Below, one piece after another: positions 6,249 through 7,368 of a stretch of 7,368 bases of DNA. The translations under genes were made by a program, and so were the position numbers. Under the pieces are notes generated by a model. The model did no database searches. It was not told the origin of the DNA and saw only the letters and a list, made by a program, of their open reading frames with translations. Source of the DNA: a virus (taxonomy: Duplodnaviria; Heunggongvirae; Uroviricota; Caudoviricetes); the IMG/VR virus record IMGVR_UViG_2609460005_000002. One strand, written 5' to 3'. Positions within the stretch are counted from its first letter, which is position 1. Each line of letters opens with the position of its first letter.

Positions 6249-7368
6249 GCACAAAATTTTATACCCTGCTAACGGATATTGGCGCGGCGAAACTTGCCAG
6301 CGCCGCCGCGCTCGGTGTGCCGCTAAAAATTACTCATATGGCGGTGGGCGATGGCGGCGGAGTATTGCCAACGCCGGACGCAAAGCAGACGGCACTGGTA
6401 AATGAGAAACGCCGGGCTGCGCTGAATATGCTTTATATCGACCCGCAGAACAGCAGCCAGATTATTGCTGAACAGGTGATCCCTGAAAACGAGGGCGGTT
6501 GGTGGATACGTGAAGTGGGCCTGTTTGATGAGTCCGGGGCATTGATTGCCGTGGGCAACTGCCCGGAAAGCTATAAGCCGCAACTGGCTGAAGGCAGCGG
6601 GCGCACCCAGACCGTGCGCATGGTGCTGATAACCAGCAGCACGGACAATATCACCCTGAAAATCGACCCTGCTGTAGTGCTGGCAACCCGCAAGTATGTG
6701 GATGACAAAGCACTGGAGTTGAAGGTGTACGTGGATGACCTGATGGCAAAACATCTTGCCGCACCGGACCCGCATTCACAGTATGCACCCAAAGAAAGTC
6801 CGACGTTTACCGGGACACCCAAAGCGCCAACGCCAGCAGCAGGGAATAACACCACGCAGATTGCGACCACCGAGTTTGTTCAGGCGGCTCTGACGGCTCT
6901 TATTAATGGTGCGCCAGCCACGCTGGACACGCTGAAAGAAATAGCCGCAGCCATTAACAATGATCCGAAATTCAGTACCACCATTAACAATGCGCTGGCA
7001 CTGAAAGCGCCGCTGTCGAGTCCGGCACTCACCGGAACGCCAACCGCACCTACTGCGGCACAGTCGGTCAACAATACACAAATTGCCACCACGGCATTTG
7101 TGAAATCGGCGATTGCGGCAATGGTGGGTTCTGCACCTGCGGCACTGGATACACTGAACGAACTGGCGGCGGCGCTGGGGAATGACCCGAACTTTGCCAC
7201 GACAATGCTTAATGCACTGGCAGGTAAACAACCGCTGGACAATACGCTGACTAATTTGAGTGGAAAGGATGTAACTGGTCTTCTCACATACCTTGGTTTG
7301 GGAGAAGCGGCGAAAAGGGATGTGGGCACAGGAGATAATCAGATACCGGATATGGGAGCATTCGCTTC
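6245..7368 (+). CDS. H: Tail fibre protein, P2 gpH-like; N-terminal about 374 codons, 3' end lies outside the window
   Basis: Absent from the supplied ORF track because there is no stop in the window. ATG at 6245 overlaps the gpI stop (ATGA). Frame 2 is open to the window end. The translation begins MSTKFYTLLTDIGAAKLASAAALGVPLKITHMAVGDGGG…NCPESYKPQLAEGSGRTQT and contains NNTQIATTAFV…LDTLNELAAALGNDPNFATTM…NALAGKQP, as in the conserved N-terminal part of P2-type tail fibres. Confidence 0.85.
   Translation, partial: MSTKFYTLLTDIGAAKLASAAALGVPLKITHMAVGDGGGVLPTPDAKQTALVNEKRRAALNMLYIDPQNSSQIIAEQVIPENEGGWWIREVGLFDESGALIAVGNCPESYKPQLAEGSGRTQTVRMVLITSSTDNITLKIDPAVVLATRKYVDDKALELKVYVDDLMAKHLAAPDPHSQYAPKESPTFTGTPKAPTPAAGNNTTQIATTEFVQAALTALINGAPATLDTLKEIAAAINNDPKFSTTINNALALKAPLSSPALTGTPTAPTAAQSVNNTQIATTAFVKSAIAAMVGSAPAALDTLNELAAALGNDPNFATTMLNALAGKQPLDNTLTNLSGKDVTGLLTYLGLGEAAKRDVGTGDNQIPDMGAFA
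6800..7231 (+). repeat. Two tandem copies of a roughly 70-aa tail-fibre repeat within H (diverged at the nucleotide level)
   Basis: Copy 1 (about 6800-7009) encodes PTFTGTPKAPTPAAGNNTTQIATTEFVQAALTALINGAPATLDTLKEIAAAINNDPKFSTTINNALALKA. Copy 2 (about 7022-7231) encodes PALTGTPTAPTAAQSVNNTQIATTAFVKSAIAAMVGSAPAALDTLNELAAALGNDPNFATTMLNALAGKQ. Conservation is at the protein-motif level, with a period of about 222 nt. Confidence 0.6.

Noticed and set aside
4956-6254. Minus-strand ORFs 4956-5234, 5147-5533, 5179-5403, 5376-5609, 5479-5676 and 5667-6254 (up to 195 aa)
   Set aside because: They are antisense to the strongly supported gpJ and gpI genes, with no independent start signals. The 195-aa ORF exactly mirrors the span of gpI.
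6323-7329. Minus-strand ORFs 6323-6775, 6776-7231 and 6880-7329 (about 150 aa each)
   Set aside because: They are antisense to the tail fibre gene H, whose + strand frame is open from 6245 to the window end with clear family motifs. The antisense products are Cys/Arg-rich or Ala/Ser-rich, as expected from the reverse complement.
1-7368. CRISPR array, tRNA/rRNA genes, IS element or integrase, or a toxin-antitoxin or defence island
   Set aside because: There are no direct repeat-spacer periodicity, no cloverleaf-like 70-90 nt non-coding segments, no terminal inverted repeats flanking a transposase-like ORF, and no unassigned coding space. The whole window is accounted for by co-oriented late phage genes.

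Overview
This window is a near-contiguous stretch of the late operon of a P2-like (Peduovirus-type) temperate phage, almost certainly a prophage in a fairly GC-rich member of the Enterobacterales. All genes are on the + strand in the canonical P2 order: terminase small subunit gpM (3' part, cut by the window edge), head completion gpL, tail protein gpX, a lysis cassette (holin, SAR-type endolysin, LysA-like membrane protein, LysB/LysC spanins), tail completion gpR and gpS, a late-promoter dyad (TGT-N12-ACA), baseplate genes V-W-J-I, and the 5' part of tail fibre gene H running off the window end. Coding density is about 98%, with only two intergenic gaps (508-602 and 3753-3820) and most neighbouring genes overlapping at start/stop. 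No tRNA, rRNA, CRISPR array, insertion sequence or integrase was seen. I found no unexplained coding space that could hold a separate, undescribed system. The most notable points are the lysis cassette, which carries a P1-Lyz/P21-R-type SAR endolysin with a cysteine pattern suggesting disulfide caging, the embedded o-spanin gene, the late-promoter dyad sitting close to the V start codon, and tandem protein repeats in the tail fibre. All homology statements come from recalled family knowledge and reading the translations; no database search was run.
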